Of a stretch of 64,000 nucleotides of DNA, positions 41,901-55,300 are shown one piece after another. A model generated the notes under the pieces. The model was not told the origin of the DNA. It did no database searches and saw only the letters and a program-made list of their open reading frames with translations. Source of the stretch: the human T2T-CHM13v2.0 reference genome, Homo sapiens. The DNA lies in the NCBI RefSeq assembly GCF_009914755.1, contig NC_060938.1. One strand, given 5' to 3'. The first letter of the stretch is position 1; the number at the start of each line of letters is the position of its first letter. A program made the translations under genes and the position numbers.

Positions 41901-44900
41901 GAAGATATTTCCTTTCTCACCATAGACCTGAAAGCTGTCCTAATGTTCACTTCCAGTTACTACAGAGTGTTTCAAAACTGCTGTACGAAAGGGAATGTTC
42001 AACTCTGTGACTTGAATGCACACATCACAAAGAAGTTTCTGAGGATGCTGCTGTCTACTTTTTATACTTAATCCCGTTTCCAACGAAATCCTCCAAGCTA
42101 TCCAAATATCCACTTGCAGATTCCACAGAAAGACTGTTTCAAAACTGCTCTGTCAATAGAAAGGTTCAACTCTGTTAGCTGCGTGCATATATCCCAAAGA
42201 AGATTCTGAGATTGCTTCTGTCTAGTTTTTATGGGAAGATATTTCCCTTTTCACCGTAGGCGTCAAGGCGCTCCAAATGTCCACTTCCAGATACTACAAA
42301 AAGAGTGTTTCAAACCTACTCTGTGAAAGGGAATATTCAACTCTGTGACTTGAATGCACATATCACAAGGAAGTTTCTGAGAATGCTTCTGTCGAGATTT
42401 TATATGAAGATATTCCCGTTTCCAACGAAATCCTGAAATCTATCCAAATATCCCCTCGCAGATTCTACAAAAAGAGTGTTTCAAAACTGCTCTGTAAAAA
42501 GAAAGGTTCAACTCTGTTAGTTGAGTACACACATCACAAACAAGTTTCACAGAATGCTTCTTTCTAGCTTGTAGGGGAAGATATTCCCTTTATCACCATG
42601 GGCCTCAAACCGTCCGATAAGTCCACTTCCATATACTACAAAAAGAGCGTTTCAAACCTGCTCTATGAAAGGCAACGTTCAACTCTGTGACTTGAATGCA
42701 GACATCACAGAGCAGTTTCTGAGAATGCTTCTGTCTAGATTTTATAGGAAGATATTCCCGTTTCCAACGAAATCTTCACAGCTATCCAAATATCCACTTG
42801 CAGATTCTACAAAAAGAGTGTATCAAAACTGCTCTGTCAAAAGGAAGGTTCTTCTCTGTTAGGTGAGTGCATACGTCATAAAGGAGTTTCTGAGAATGTT
42901 TCTGTCTAGTGGTTATGGGAAGATATTTGCTTTTTCCCCGTAGGCCTCAGGGCGCTCCAAATGTCCACTTGCACATGCTACAAAAAGAGTGCTTCAAAGC
43001 TGCTCTCTGAAAGGGAATGTTCAACTCTATGAGTTGAATGCAAACATCGCAAAGACGTTTCTGAGAATGCTTCTGTCTAGATTTGATATGAAGATATTCC
43101 CGTTTCCAACGAAATCTTCAAATCTATCCAAATGTCCACTTGCAGATTCAACAAAAAGTGTTTTTCAGAACTGCTCTATCAAAAGAAAGATCCACCTCTG
43201 TTAGCTGAGTTCAGACATCACAAACAAGTTTATGAGAATGCTTCTGTCTAGTTTTTATTTGAAGATATTTCCTTTCTCACCATAGACCTGAAAGCTGTCC
43301 TAATGTTCACTTCCAGTTACTACAGAAAGAGTATTTCAAAACTGCTGTACGAAAGGGAATGTTCAACTCTGTGACTTGAATGCACACATCACAAAGAAGT
43401 TTCTGAGGATGCTGCTGTCTACTTTTTATACTTAATCCCGTTTCCAACGAAATCCTCCAAGCTATCCAAATATCCACTTGCAGATTCCACAGAAAGACTG
43501 TTTCAAAACTGCTCTGTCAATAGAAAGGTTCAACTCTGTTAGCTGCGTGCATATATCCCAAAGCAGATTCTGAGATTGCTTCTGTCTAGTTTTTATGGGA
43601 AGATATTTCCCTTTTCACCGTAGGCGTCAAGGCGCTCCAAATGTCCACTTCCAGATACTACAAAAAGAGTGTTTCAAACCTACTCTGTGAAAGGGAATAT
43701 TCAACTCTGTGACTTGAATGCACATATCACAAGGAAGTTTCTGAGAATGCTTCTGTCGAGATTTTATATGAAGATATTCCCGTTTCCAACGAAATCCTGA
43801 AATCTATCCAAATATCCCCTCGCAGATTCTACAAAAAGAGTGTTTCAAAACTGCTCTTTAAAAAGAAAGGTTCAACTCTGTTAGTTGAGTACACACATCA
43901 CAAACAAGTTTCACAGAATGCTTCTTTCTAGCTTGTAGGGGAAGATATTCCCTTTATCACCATGGGCCTCAAACCGTCCGATAAGTCCACTTCCATATAC
44001 TACAAAAAGAGCGTTTCAAACCTGCTCTATGAAAGGCAACGTTCAACTCTGTGACTTGAATGCAGACATCACAGAGCAGTTTCTGAGAATGCTTCTGTCT
44101 AGATTTTATAGGAAGATATTCCCGTTTCCAACGAAATCTTCACAGCTATCCAAATATCCACTTGCAGATTCTACAAAAAGAGTGTATCAAAACTGCTCTG
44201 TCAAAAGGAAGGTTCTTCTCTGTTAGGTGAGTGCATACGTCATAAAGGAGTTTCTGAGAATGTTTCTGTCTAGTGGTTATGGGAAGATATTTGCTTTTTC
44301 CCCGTAGGCCTCAGGGCGCTCCAAATGTCCACTTGCACATGCTACAAAAAGAGTGCTTCAAAGCTGCTCTCTGAAAGGGAATGTTCAACTCTATGAGTTG
44401 AATGCAAACATCACAAAGACGTTTCTGAGAATGCTTCTGTCTAGATTTGATATGAAGATATTCCCGTTTCCAACGAAATCTTCAAATCTATCCAAATGTC
44501 CACTTGCAGATTCAACAAAAAGTGTTTTTCAGAACTGCTCTATCAAAAGAAAGATCCACCTCTGTTAGCTGAGTTCAGACATCACAAACAAGTTTATGAG
44601 AATGCTTCTGTCTAGTTTTTATTTGAAGATATTTCCTTTCTCACCATAGACCTGAAAGCTGTCCTAATGTTCACTTCCAGTTACTACAGAGTGTTTCAAA
44701 ACTGCTGTACGAAAGGGAATGTTCAACTCTGTGACTTGAATGCACACATCACAAAGAAGTTTCTGAGGATGCTGCTGTCTACTTTTTATACTTAATCCCG
44801 TTTCCAACGAAATCCTCCAAGCTATCCAAATATCCACTTGCAGATTCCACAGAAAGACTGTTTCAAAACTGCTCTGTCAATAGAAAGGTTCAACTCTGTT

Positions 44901-46340
44901 AGCTGCGTGCATATATCCCAAAGAAGATTCTGAGATTGCTTCTGTCTAGTTTTTATGGGAAGATATTTCCCTTTTCACCGTAGGCGTCAAGGCGCTCCAA
45001 ATGTCCACTTCCAGATACTACAAAAAGAGTGTTTCAAACCTACTCTGTGAAAGGGAATATTCAACTCTGTGACTTGAATGCACATATCACAAGGAAGTTT
45101 CTGAGAATGCTTCTGTCGAGATTTTATATGAAGATATTCCCGTTTCCAACGAAATCCTGAAATCTATCCAAATATCCCCTCGCAGATTCTACAAAAAGAG
45201 TGTTTCAAAACTGCTCTGTAAAAAGAAAGGTTCAACTCTGTTAGTTGAGTACACACATCACAAACAAGTTTCACAGAATGCTTCTTTCTAGCTTGTAGGG
45301 GAAGATATTCCCTTTATCACCATGGGCCTCAAACCGTCCGATAAGTCCACTTCCATATACTACAAAAAGAGCGTTTCAAACCTGCTCTATGAAAGGCAAT
45401 GTTCAACTCTGTGACTTGAATGCAGACATCACAGAGCAGTTTCTGAGAATGCTTCTGTCTAGATTTTATAGGAAGATATTCCCGTTTCCAACGAAATCTT
45501 CACAGCTATCCAAATATCCACTTGCAGATTCTACAAAAAGAGTGTATCAAAACTGCTCTGTCAAAAGGAAGGTTCTTTTCTGTTAGGTGAGTGCATACGT
45601 CATAAAGGAGTTTCTGAGAATGTTTCTGTCTAGTGGTTATGGGAAGATATTTGCTTTTTCCCCGTAGGCCTCAGGGCGCTCCAAATGTCCACTTGCACAT
45701 GCTACAAAAAGAGTGCTTCAAAGCTGCTCTCTGAAAGGGAATGTTCAACTCTATGAGTTGAATGCAAACATCACAAAGACGTTTCTGAGAATGCTTCTGT
45801 CTAGATTTGATATGAAGATATTCCCGTTTCCAACGAAATCTTCAAATCTATCCAAATGTCCACTTGCAGATTCAACAAAAAGTGTTTTTCAGAACTGCTC
45901 TATCAAAAGAAAGATCCACCTCTGTTAGCTGAGTTCAGACATCACAAACAAGTTTATGAGAATGCTTCTGTCTAGTTTTTATTTGAAGATATTTCCTTTC
46001 TCACCATAGACCTGAAAGCTGTCCTAATGTTCACTTCCAGTTACTACAGAAAGAGTGTTTCAAAACTGCTGTACGAAAGGGAATGTTCAACTCTGTGACT
46101 TGAATGCACACATCACAAAGAAGTTTCTGAGGATGCTGCTGTCTACTTTTTATACGTAATCCCGTTTCCAACGAAATCCTCCAAGCTATCCAAATATCCA
46201 CTTGCAGATTCCACAGAAAGACTGTTTCAAAACTGCTCTGTCAATAGAAAGGTTCAACTCTGTTAGCTGCGTGCATATATCCCAAAGAAGATTCTGAGAT
46301 TGCTTCTGTCTAGTTTTTATGGGAAGATATTTCCCTTTTC

Positions 46341-49300
46341 ACCGTAGGCGTCAAGGCGCTCCAAATGTCCACTTCCAGATACTACAAAAAGAGTGTTTCA
46401 AACCTACTCTGTGAAAGGGAATATTCAACTCTGTGACTTGAATGCACATATCACAAGGAAGTTTCTGAGAATGCTTCTGTCGAGATTTTATATGAAGATA
46501 TTCCCGTTTCCAACGAAATCCTGAAATCTATCCAAATATCCCCTCGCAGATTCTACAAAAAGAGTGTTTCAAAACTGCTCTGTAAAAAGAAAGGTTCAAC
46601 TCTGTTAGTTGAGTACAGACATCACAAACAAGTTTCACAGAATGCTTCTTTCTAGCTTGTAGGGGAAGATATTCCCTTTATCACCATGGGCCTCAAACCG
46701 TCCGATAAGTCCACTTCCATATACTACAAAAAGAGCGTTTCAAACCTGCTCTATGAAAGGCAATGTTCAACTCTGTGACTTGAATGCAGACATCACAGAG
46801 CAGTTTCTGAGAATGCTTCTGTCTAGATTTTATAGGAAGATATTCCCGTTTCCAACGAAATCTTCACAGCTATCCAAATATCCACTTGCAGATTCTACAA
46901 AAAGAGTGTATCAAAACTGCTCTGTCAAAAGGAAGGTTCTTTTCTGTTAGGTGAGTGCATACGTCATAAAGGAGTTTCTGAGAATGTTTCTGTCTAGTGG
47001 TTATGGGAAGATATTTGCTTTTTCACCGTAGGCCTCAGAGCGCTCCAAATATCCACTTGCACATACTACAAAAAGAGTGCCTCAAAGCTGCTCTCTGAAA
47101 CGGAATGTGCAACTCTATGAGTTGAATGCAAACATCGCAAAGACGTTTCTGAGAATGCTTCTGTCTAGATTTGATATGAAGATATTCCCGTTTCCAACGA
47201 AATCTTCAAATCTATCCAAATGTCCACTTGCAGATTCAACAAAAAGTGTTTTTCAGAACTGCTCTATCAAAAGAAAGATCCACCTCTGTTAGCTGAGTTC
47301 ACACATCACAAACAAGTTTATGAGAATGCTTCTGTCTAGTTTTTATTTGAAGATATTTCCTTTCTCACCATAGAGCTGAAAGCTGTCCTAATGTTCACTT
47401 CCAGATACTACAGAAAGAGTGTTTCAAAACTGCTGTACGAAAGGGAATGTTCAACTCTGTGACTTGAATGCACACATCACAAAGAAGTTTCTGAGGATGC
47501 TGCTGTCTACTTTTTATACGTAATCCCGTTTCCAACGAAATCCTCCAAGCTATCCAAATATCCACTTGCAGATTCCACAGAAAGACTGTTTCAAAACTGC
47601 TCTGTCAATAGAAAGGTTCAACTCTGTTAGCTGCGTGCATATATCCCAAAGAAGATTCTGAGATTGCTTCTGTCTAGTTTTTATGGGAAGAGATTTCCCT
47701 TTTCACCGTAGGTGTCAAGGCGCTCCAAATGTCCACTTCCAGATACTACAAAAAGAGTGTTTCAAACCTACTCTGTGAAAGGGAATATTCAACTCTGTGA
47801 CTCGAATGCACATATCACAAAGAAGTTTCTGAGAATGCTTCTGTCGAGATTTTATATGAAGATATTCCCGTTTCCAACGAAATGCTGAAATCTATCCAAA
47901 TATCCCCTCGCAGATTCTACAAAAAGAGTGTTTCAAAACTGCTCTGTGAAAAGAAAGGTTCAACTCTGTTAGTTGAGTACACACATCACAAACAAGTTTC
48001 ACAGAATGCTTCTTTCTAGCTTGTAGGGGAAGATATTCCCTTTATCACCATGGGCCTCAAACCGTCCGATAAGTCCACTTCCATATACTACAAAAAGAGC
48101 GTTTCAAACCTGCTCTATGAAAGGCAATGTTCAACTCTGTGACTTGAATGCAGACATCACAGAGCAGTTTCTGAGAATGCTTCTGTCTAGATTTTATAGG
48201 AAGATATTCCCGTTTCCAACGAAATCTTCACAGCTATCCAAATATCCACTTGCAGATTCTACAAAAAGAGTGTATCAAAACTGCTCTGTCAAAAGGAAGG
48301 TTCTTTTCTGTTAGGTGAGTGCATACGTCATAAAGGAGTTTCTGAGAATGTTTCTGTCTAGTGGTTATGGGAAGATATTTGCTTTTTCACCGTAGGCCTC
48401 AGAGCGCTCCAAATATCCACTTGCACATACTACAAAAAGAGTGCCTCAAAGCTGCTCTCTGAAACGGAATGTTCAACTCTATGAGTTGAATGCAAACATC
48501 GCAAAGACGTTTCTGAGAATGCTTCTGTCTAGATTTGATATGAAGATATTCCCGTTTCCAACGAAATCTTCAAATCTATCCAAATGTCCACTTGCAGATT
48601 CAACAAAAAGTGTTTTTCAGAACTGCTCTATCAAAAGAAAGATCCACCTCTGTTAGCTGAGTTCACACATCACAAACAAGTTTATGAGAATGCTTCTGTC
48701 TAGTTTTTATTTGAAGATATTTCCTTTCTCACCATAGAGCTGAAAGCTGTCCTAATGTTCACTTCCAGATACTACAGAAAGAGTGTTTCAAAACTGCTGT
48801 ACGAAAGGGAATGTTCAACTCTGTGACTTGAATGCACACATCACAAAGAAGTTTCTGAGGATGCTGCTGTCTACTTTTTATACGTAATCCCGTTTCCAAC
48901 GAAATCCTCCAAGCTATCCAAATATCCACTTGCAGATTCCACAGAAAGACTGTTTCAAAACTGCTCTGTCAATAGAAAGGTTCAACTCTGTTAGCTGCGT
49001 GCATATATCCCAAAGAAGATTCTGAGATTGCTTCTGTCTAGTTTTTATGGGAAGATATTTCCCTTTTCACCGTAGGTGTCAAGGCGCTCCAAATGTCCAC
49101 TTCCAGATACTACAAAAAGAGTGTTTCAAACCTACTCTGTGAAAGGGAATATTCAACTCTGTGACTCGAATGCACATATCACAAAGAAGTTTCTGAGAAT
49201 GCTTCTGTCGAGATTTTATATGAAGATATTCCCGTTTCCAACGAAATGCTGAAATCTATCCAAATATCCCCTCGCAGATTCTACAAAAAGAGTGTTTCAA

Positions 49301-52300
49301 AACTGCTCTGTGAAAAGAAAGGTTCAACTCTGTTAGTTGAGTACACACATCACAAACAAGTTTCACAGAATGCTTCTTTCTAGCTTGTAGGGGAAGATAT
49401 TCCCTTTATCACCATGGGCCTCAAACCGTCCGATAAGTCCACTTCCATATACTACAAAAAGAGCGTTTCAAACCTGCTCTATGAAAGGCAATGTTCAACT
49501 CTGTGACTTGAATGCAGACATCACAGAGCAGTTTCTGAGAATGCTTCTGTCTAGATTTTATAGGAAGATATTCCCGTTTCCAACGAAATCTTCACAGCTA
49601 TCCAAATATCCACTTGCAGATTCTACAAAAAGAGTGTATCAAAACTGCTCTGTCAAAAGGAAGGTTCTTTTCTGTTAGGTGAGTGCATACGTCATAAAGG
49701 AGTTTCTGAGAATGTTTCTGTCTAGTGGTTATGGGAAGATATTTGCTTTTTCACCGTAGGCCTCAGAGCGCTCCAAATATCCACTTGCACATACTACAAA
49801 AAGAGTGCCTCAAAGCTGCTCTCTGAAACGGAATGTTCAACTCTATGAGTTGAATGCAAACATCGCAAAGACGTTTCTGAGAATGCTTCTGTCTAGATTT
49901 GATATGAAGATATTCCCGTTTCCAACGAAATCTTCAAATCTATCCAAATGTCCACTTGCAGATTCAACAAAAAGTGTTTTTCAGAACTGCTCTATCAAAA
50001 GAAAGATCCACCTCTGTTAGCTGAGTTCAGACATCACAAACAAGTTTATGAGAATGCTTCTGTCTAGTTTTTATTTGAAGATATTTCCTTTCTCACCATA
50101 GACCTGAAAGCTGTCCTAATGTTCACTTCCAGTTACTACAGAAAGAGTGTTTCAAAACTGCTGTACGAAAGGGAATGTTCAACTCTGTGACTTGAATGCA
50201 CACATCACAAAGAAGTTTCTGAGGATGCTGCTGTCTACTTTTTATACTTAATCCCGTTTCCAACGAAATCCTCCAAGCTATCCAAATATCCACTTGCAGA
50301 TTCCACAGAAAGACTGTTTCAAAACTGCTCTGTCAATAGAAAGGTTCAACTCTGTTAGCTGTGTGCATATATCCCAAAGAAGATTCTGAGATTGCTTCTG
50401 TCTAGTTTTTATGGGAAGATATTTCCCTTTTCACCGTAGGCGTCAAGGCGCTCCAAATGTCCACTTCCAGATACTACAAAAAGAGTGTTTCAAACCTACT
50501 CTGTGAAAGGGAATATTCAACTCTGTGACTTGAATGCACATATCACAAGGAAGTTTCTGAGAATGCTTCTGTCGAGATTTTATATGAAGATATTCCCGTT
50601 TCCAACGAAATCCTGAAATCTATCCAAATATCCCCTCGCAGATTCTACAAAAAGAGTGTTTCAAAACTGCTCTGTAAAAAGAAAGGTTCAACTCTGTTAG
50701 TTGAGTACACACATCACAAACAAGTTTCACAGAATGCTTCTTTCTAGCTTGTAGGGGAAGATATTCCCTTTATCACCATGGGCCTCAAACCGTCCGATAA
50801 GTCCACTTCCATATACTACAAAAAGAGCGTTTCAAACCTGCTCTATGAAAGGCAATGTTCAACTCTGTGACTTGAATGCAGACATCACAGAGCAGTTTCT
50901 GAGAATGCTTCTGTCTAGATTTTATAGGAAGATATTCCCGTTTCCAACGAAATCTTCACAGCTATCCAAATATCCACTTGCAGATTCTACAAAAAGAGTG
51001 TATCAAAACTGCTCTGTCAAAAGGAAGGTTCTTTTCTGTTAGGTGAGTGCATACGTCATAAAGGAGTTTCTGAGAATGTTTCTGTCTAGTGGTTATGGGA
51101 AGATATTTGCTTTTTCACCGTAGGCCTCAGAGCGCTCCAAATATCCACTTGCACATACTACAAAAAGAGTGCCTCAAAGCTGCTCTCTGAAACGGAATGT
51201 GCAACTCTATGAGTTGAATGCAAACATCGCAAAGACGTTTCTGAGAATGCTTCTGTCTAGATTTGATATGAAGATATTCCCGTTTCCAACGAAATCTTCA
51301 AATCTATCCAAATGTCCACTTGCAGATTCAACAAAAAGTGTTTTTCAGAACTGCTCTATCAAAAGAAAGATCCACCTCTGTTAGCTGAGTTCACACATCA
51401 CAAACAAGTTTATGAGAATGCTTCTGTCTAGTTTTTATTTGAAGATATTTCCTTTCTCACCATAGAGCTGAAAGCTGTCCTAATGTTCACTTCCAGATAC
51501 TACAGAAAGAGTGTTTCAAAACTGCTGTACGAAAGGGAATGTTCAACTCTGTGACTTGAATGCACACATCACAAAGAAGTTTCTGAGGATGCTGCTGTCT
51601 ACTTTTTATACGTAATCCCGTTTCCAACGAAATCCTCCAAGCTATCCAAATATCCACTTGCAGATTCCACAGAAAGACTGTTTCAAAACTGCTCTGTCAA
51701 TAGAAAGGTTCAACTCTGTTAGCTGCGTGCATATATCCCAAAGAAGATTCTGAGATTGCTTCTGTCTAGTTTTTATGGGAAGATATTTCCCTTTTCACCG
51801 TAGGTGTCAAGGCGCTCCAAATGTCCACTTCCAGATACTACAAAAAGAGTGTTTCAAACCTACTCTGTGAAAGGGAATATTCAACTCTGTGACTCGAATG
51901 CACATATCACAAAGAAGTTTCTGAGAATGCTTCTGTCGAGATTTTATATGAAGATATTCCCGTTTCCAACGAAATGCTGAAATCTATCCAAATATCCCCT
52001 CGCAGATTCTACAAAAAGAGTGTTTCAAAACTGCTCTGTGAAAAGAAAGGTTCAACTCTGTTAGTTGAGTACACACATCACAAACAAGTTTCACAGAATG
52101 CTTCTTTCTAGCTTGTAGGGGAAGATATTCCCTTTATCACCATGGGCCTCAAACCGTCCGATAAGTCCACTTCCATATACTACAAAAAGAGCGTTTCAAA
52201 CCTGCTCTATGAAAGGCAATGTTCAACTCTGTGACTTGAATGCAGACATCACAGAGCAGTTTCTGAGAATGCTTCTGTCTAGATTTTATAGGAAGATATT

Positions 52301-55300
52301 CCCGTTTCCAACGAAATCTTCACAGCTATCCAAATATCCACTTGCAGATTCTACAAAAAGAGTGTATCAAAACTGCTCTGTCAAAAGGAAGGTTCTTTTC
52401 TGTTAGGTGAGTGCATACGTCATAAAGGAGTTTCTGAGAATGTTTCTGTCTAGTGGTTATGGGAAGATATTTGCTTTTTCACCGTAGGCCTCAGAGCGCT
52501 CCAAATATCCACTTGCACATACTACAAAAAGAGTGCCTCAAAGCTGCTCTCTGAAACGGAATGTTCAACTCTATGAGTTGAATGCAAACATCGCAAAGAC
52601 GTTTCTGAGAATGCTTCTGTCTAGATTTGATATGAAGATATTCCCGTTTCCAACGAAATCTTCAAATCTATCCAAATGTCCACTTGCAGATTCAACAAAA
52701 AGTGTTTTTCAGAACTGCTCTATCAAAAGAAAGATCCACCTCTGTTAGCTGAGTTCAGACATCACAAACAAGTTTATGAGAATGCTTCTGTCTAGTTTTT
52801 ATTTGAAGATATTTCCTTTCTCACCATAGACCTGAAAGCTGTCCTAATGTTCACTTCCAGTTACTACAGAAAGAGTGTTTCAAAACTGCTGTACGAAAGG
52901 GAATGTTCAACTCTGTGACTTGAATGCACACATCACAAAGAAGTTTCTGAGGATGCTGCTGTCTACTTTTTATACTTAATCCCGTTTCCAACGAAATCCT
53001 CCAAGCTATCCAAATATCCACTTGCAGATTCCACAGAAAGACTGTTTCAAAACTGCTCTGTCAATAGAAAGGTTCAACTCTGTTAGCTGTGTGCATATAT
53101 CCCAAAGAAGATTCTGAGATTGCTTCTGTCTAGTTTTTATGGGAAGATATTTCCCTTTTCACCGTAGGCGTCAAGGCGCTCCAAATGTCCACTTCCAGAT
53201 ACTACAAAAAGAGTGTTTCAAACCTACTCTGTGAAAGGGAATATTCAACTCTGTGACTTGAATGCACATATCACAAGGAAGTTTCTGAGAATGCTTCTGT
53301 CGAGATTTTATATGAAGATATTCCCGTTTCCAACGAAATCCTGAAATCTATCCAAATATCCCCTCGCAGATTCTACAAAAAGAGTGTTTCAAAACTGCTC
53401 TGTAAAAAGAAAGGTTCAACTCTGTTAGTTGAGTACACACATCACAAACAAGTTTCACAGAATGCTTCTTTCTAGCTTGTAGGGGAAGATATTCCCTTTA
53501 TCACCATGGGCCTCAAACCGTCCGATAAGTCCACTTCCATATACTACAAAAAGAGCGTTTCAAACCTGCTCTATGAAAGGCAATGTTCAACTCTGTGACT
53601 TGAATGCAGACATCACAGAGCAGTTTCTGAGAATGCTTCTGTCTAGATTTTATAGGAAGATATTCCCGTTTCCAACGAAATCTTCACAGCTATCCAAATA
53701 TCCACTTGCAGATTCTACAAAAAGAGTGTATCAAAACTGCTCTGTCAAAAGGAAGGTTCTTTTCTGTTAGGTGAGTGCATACGTCATAAAGGAGTTTCTG
53801 AGAATGTTTCTGTCTAGTGGTTATGGGAAGATATTTGCTTTTTCACCGTAGGCCTCAGAGCGCTCCAAATATCCACTTGCACATACTACAAAAAGAGTGC
53901 CTCAAAGCTGCTCTCTGAAACGGAATGTGCAACTCTATGAGTTGAATGCAAACATCGCAAAGACGTTTCTGAGAATGCTTCTGTCTAGATTTGATATGAA
54001 GATATTCCCGTTTCCAACGAAATCTTCAAATCTATCCAAATGTCCACTTGCAGATTCAACAAAAAGTGTTTTTCAGAACTGCTCTATCAAAAGAAAGATC
54101 CACCTCTGTTAGCTGAGTTCAGACATCACAAACAAGTTTATGAGAATGCTTCTGTCTAGTTTTTATTTGAAGATATTTCCTTTCTCACCATAGACGTGAA
54201 AGCTGTCCTAATGTTCACTTCCAGTTACTACAGAAAGAGTATTTCAAAACTGCTGTACGAAAGGGAATGTTCAACTCTGTGACTTGAATGCACACATCAC
54301 AAAGAAGTTTCTGAGGATGCTGCTGTCTACTTTTTATACTTAATCCCGTTTCCAACGAAATCCTCCAAGCTATCCAAATATCCACTTGCAGATTCCACAG
54401 AAAGACTGTTTCAAAACTGCTCTGTCAATAGAAAGGTTCAACTCTGTTAGCTGCGTGCATATATCCCAAAGCAGATTCTGAGATTGCTTCTGTCTAGTTT
54501 TTATGGGAAGATATTTCCCTTTTCACCGTAGGCGTCAAGGCGCTCCAAATGTCCACTTCCAGATACTACAAAAAGAGTGTTTCAAACCTACTCTGTGAAA
54601 GGGAATATTCAACTCTGTGACTTGAATGCACATATCACAAGGAAGTTTCTGAGAATGCTTCTGTCGAGATTTCATATGAAGATATTCCCATTTCCAACGA
54701 AATCCTGAAATCTATCCAAATATCCCCTCGCAGATTCTACAAAAAGAGTGTTTCAAAACTGCTCTTTAAAAAGAAAGGTTCAACTCTGTTAGTTGAGTAC
54801 ACACATCACAAACAAGTTTCACAGAATGCTTCTTTCTAGCTTGTAGGGGAAGATATTCCCTTTATCACCATGGGCCTCAAACCGTCCGATAAGTCCACTT
54901 CCATATACTACAAAAAGAGCGTTTCAAACCTGCTCTATGAAAGGCAACGTTCAACTCTGTGACTTGAATGCAGACATCACAGAGCAGTTTCTGAGAATGC
55001 TTCTGTCTAGATTTTATAGGAAGATATTCCCGTTTCCAACGAAATCTTCACAGCTATCCAAATATCCACTTGCAGATTCTACAAAAAGAGTGTATCAAAA
55101 CTGCTCTGTCAAAAGGAAGGTTCTTCTCTGTTAGGTGAGTGCATACGTCATAAAGGAGTTTCTGAGAATGTTTCTGTCTAGTGGTTATGGGAAGATATTT
55201 GCTTTTTCCCCGTAGGCCTCAGGGCGCTCCAAATGTCCACTTGCACATGCTACAAAAAGAGTGCTTCAAAGCTGCTCTCTGAAAGGGAATGTTCAACTCT

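Larger units (their letters stand above)
1..44976 (-). repeat. HOR haplotype domain A (copies 1-33, with two B-type islands)
   Basis: Diagnostic block ttccccgtaggcctcagggcgctccaaatgtccacttgcacatgctac...gtgcttc...gaaaggg, with a frequent 4-bp deletion (1360-bp units). Seen in the ORF track as 'KVLLC / MLQSCSLKG'. Confidence 0.9.
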
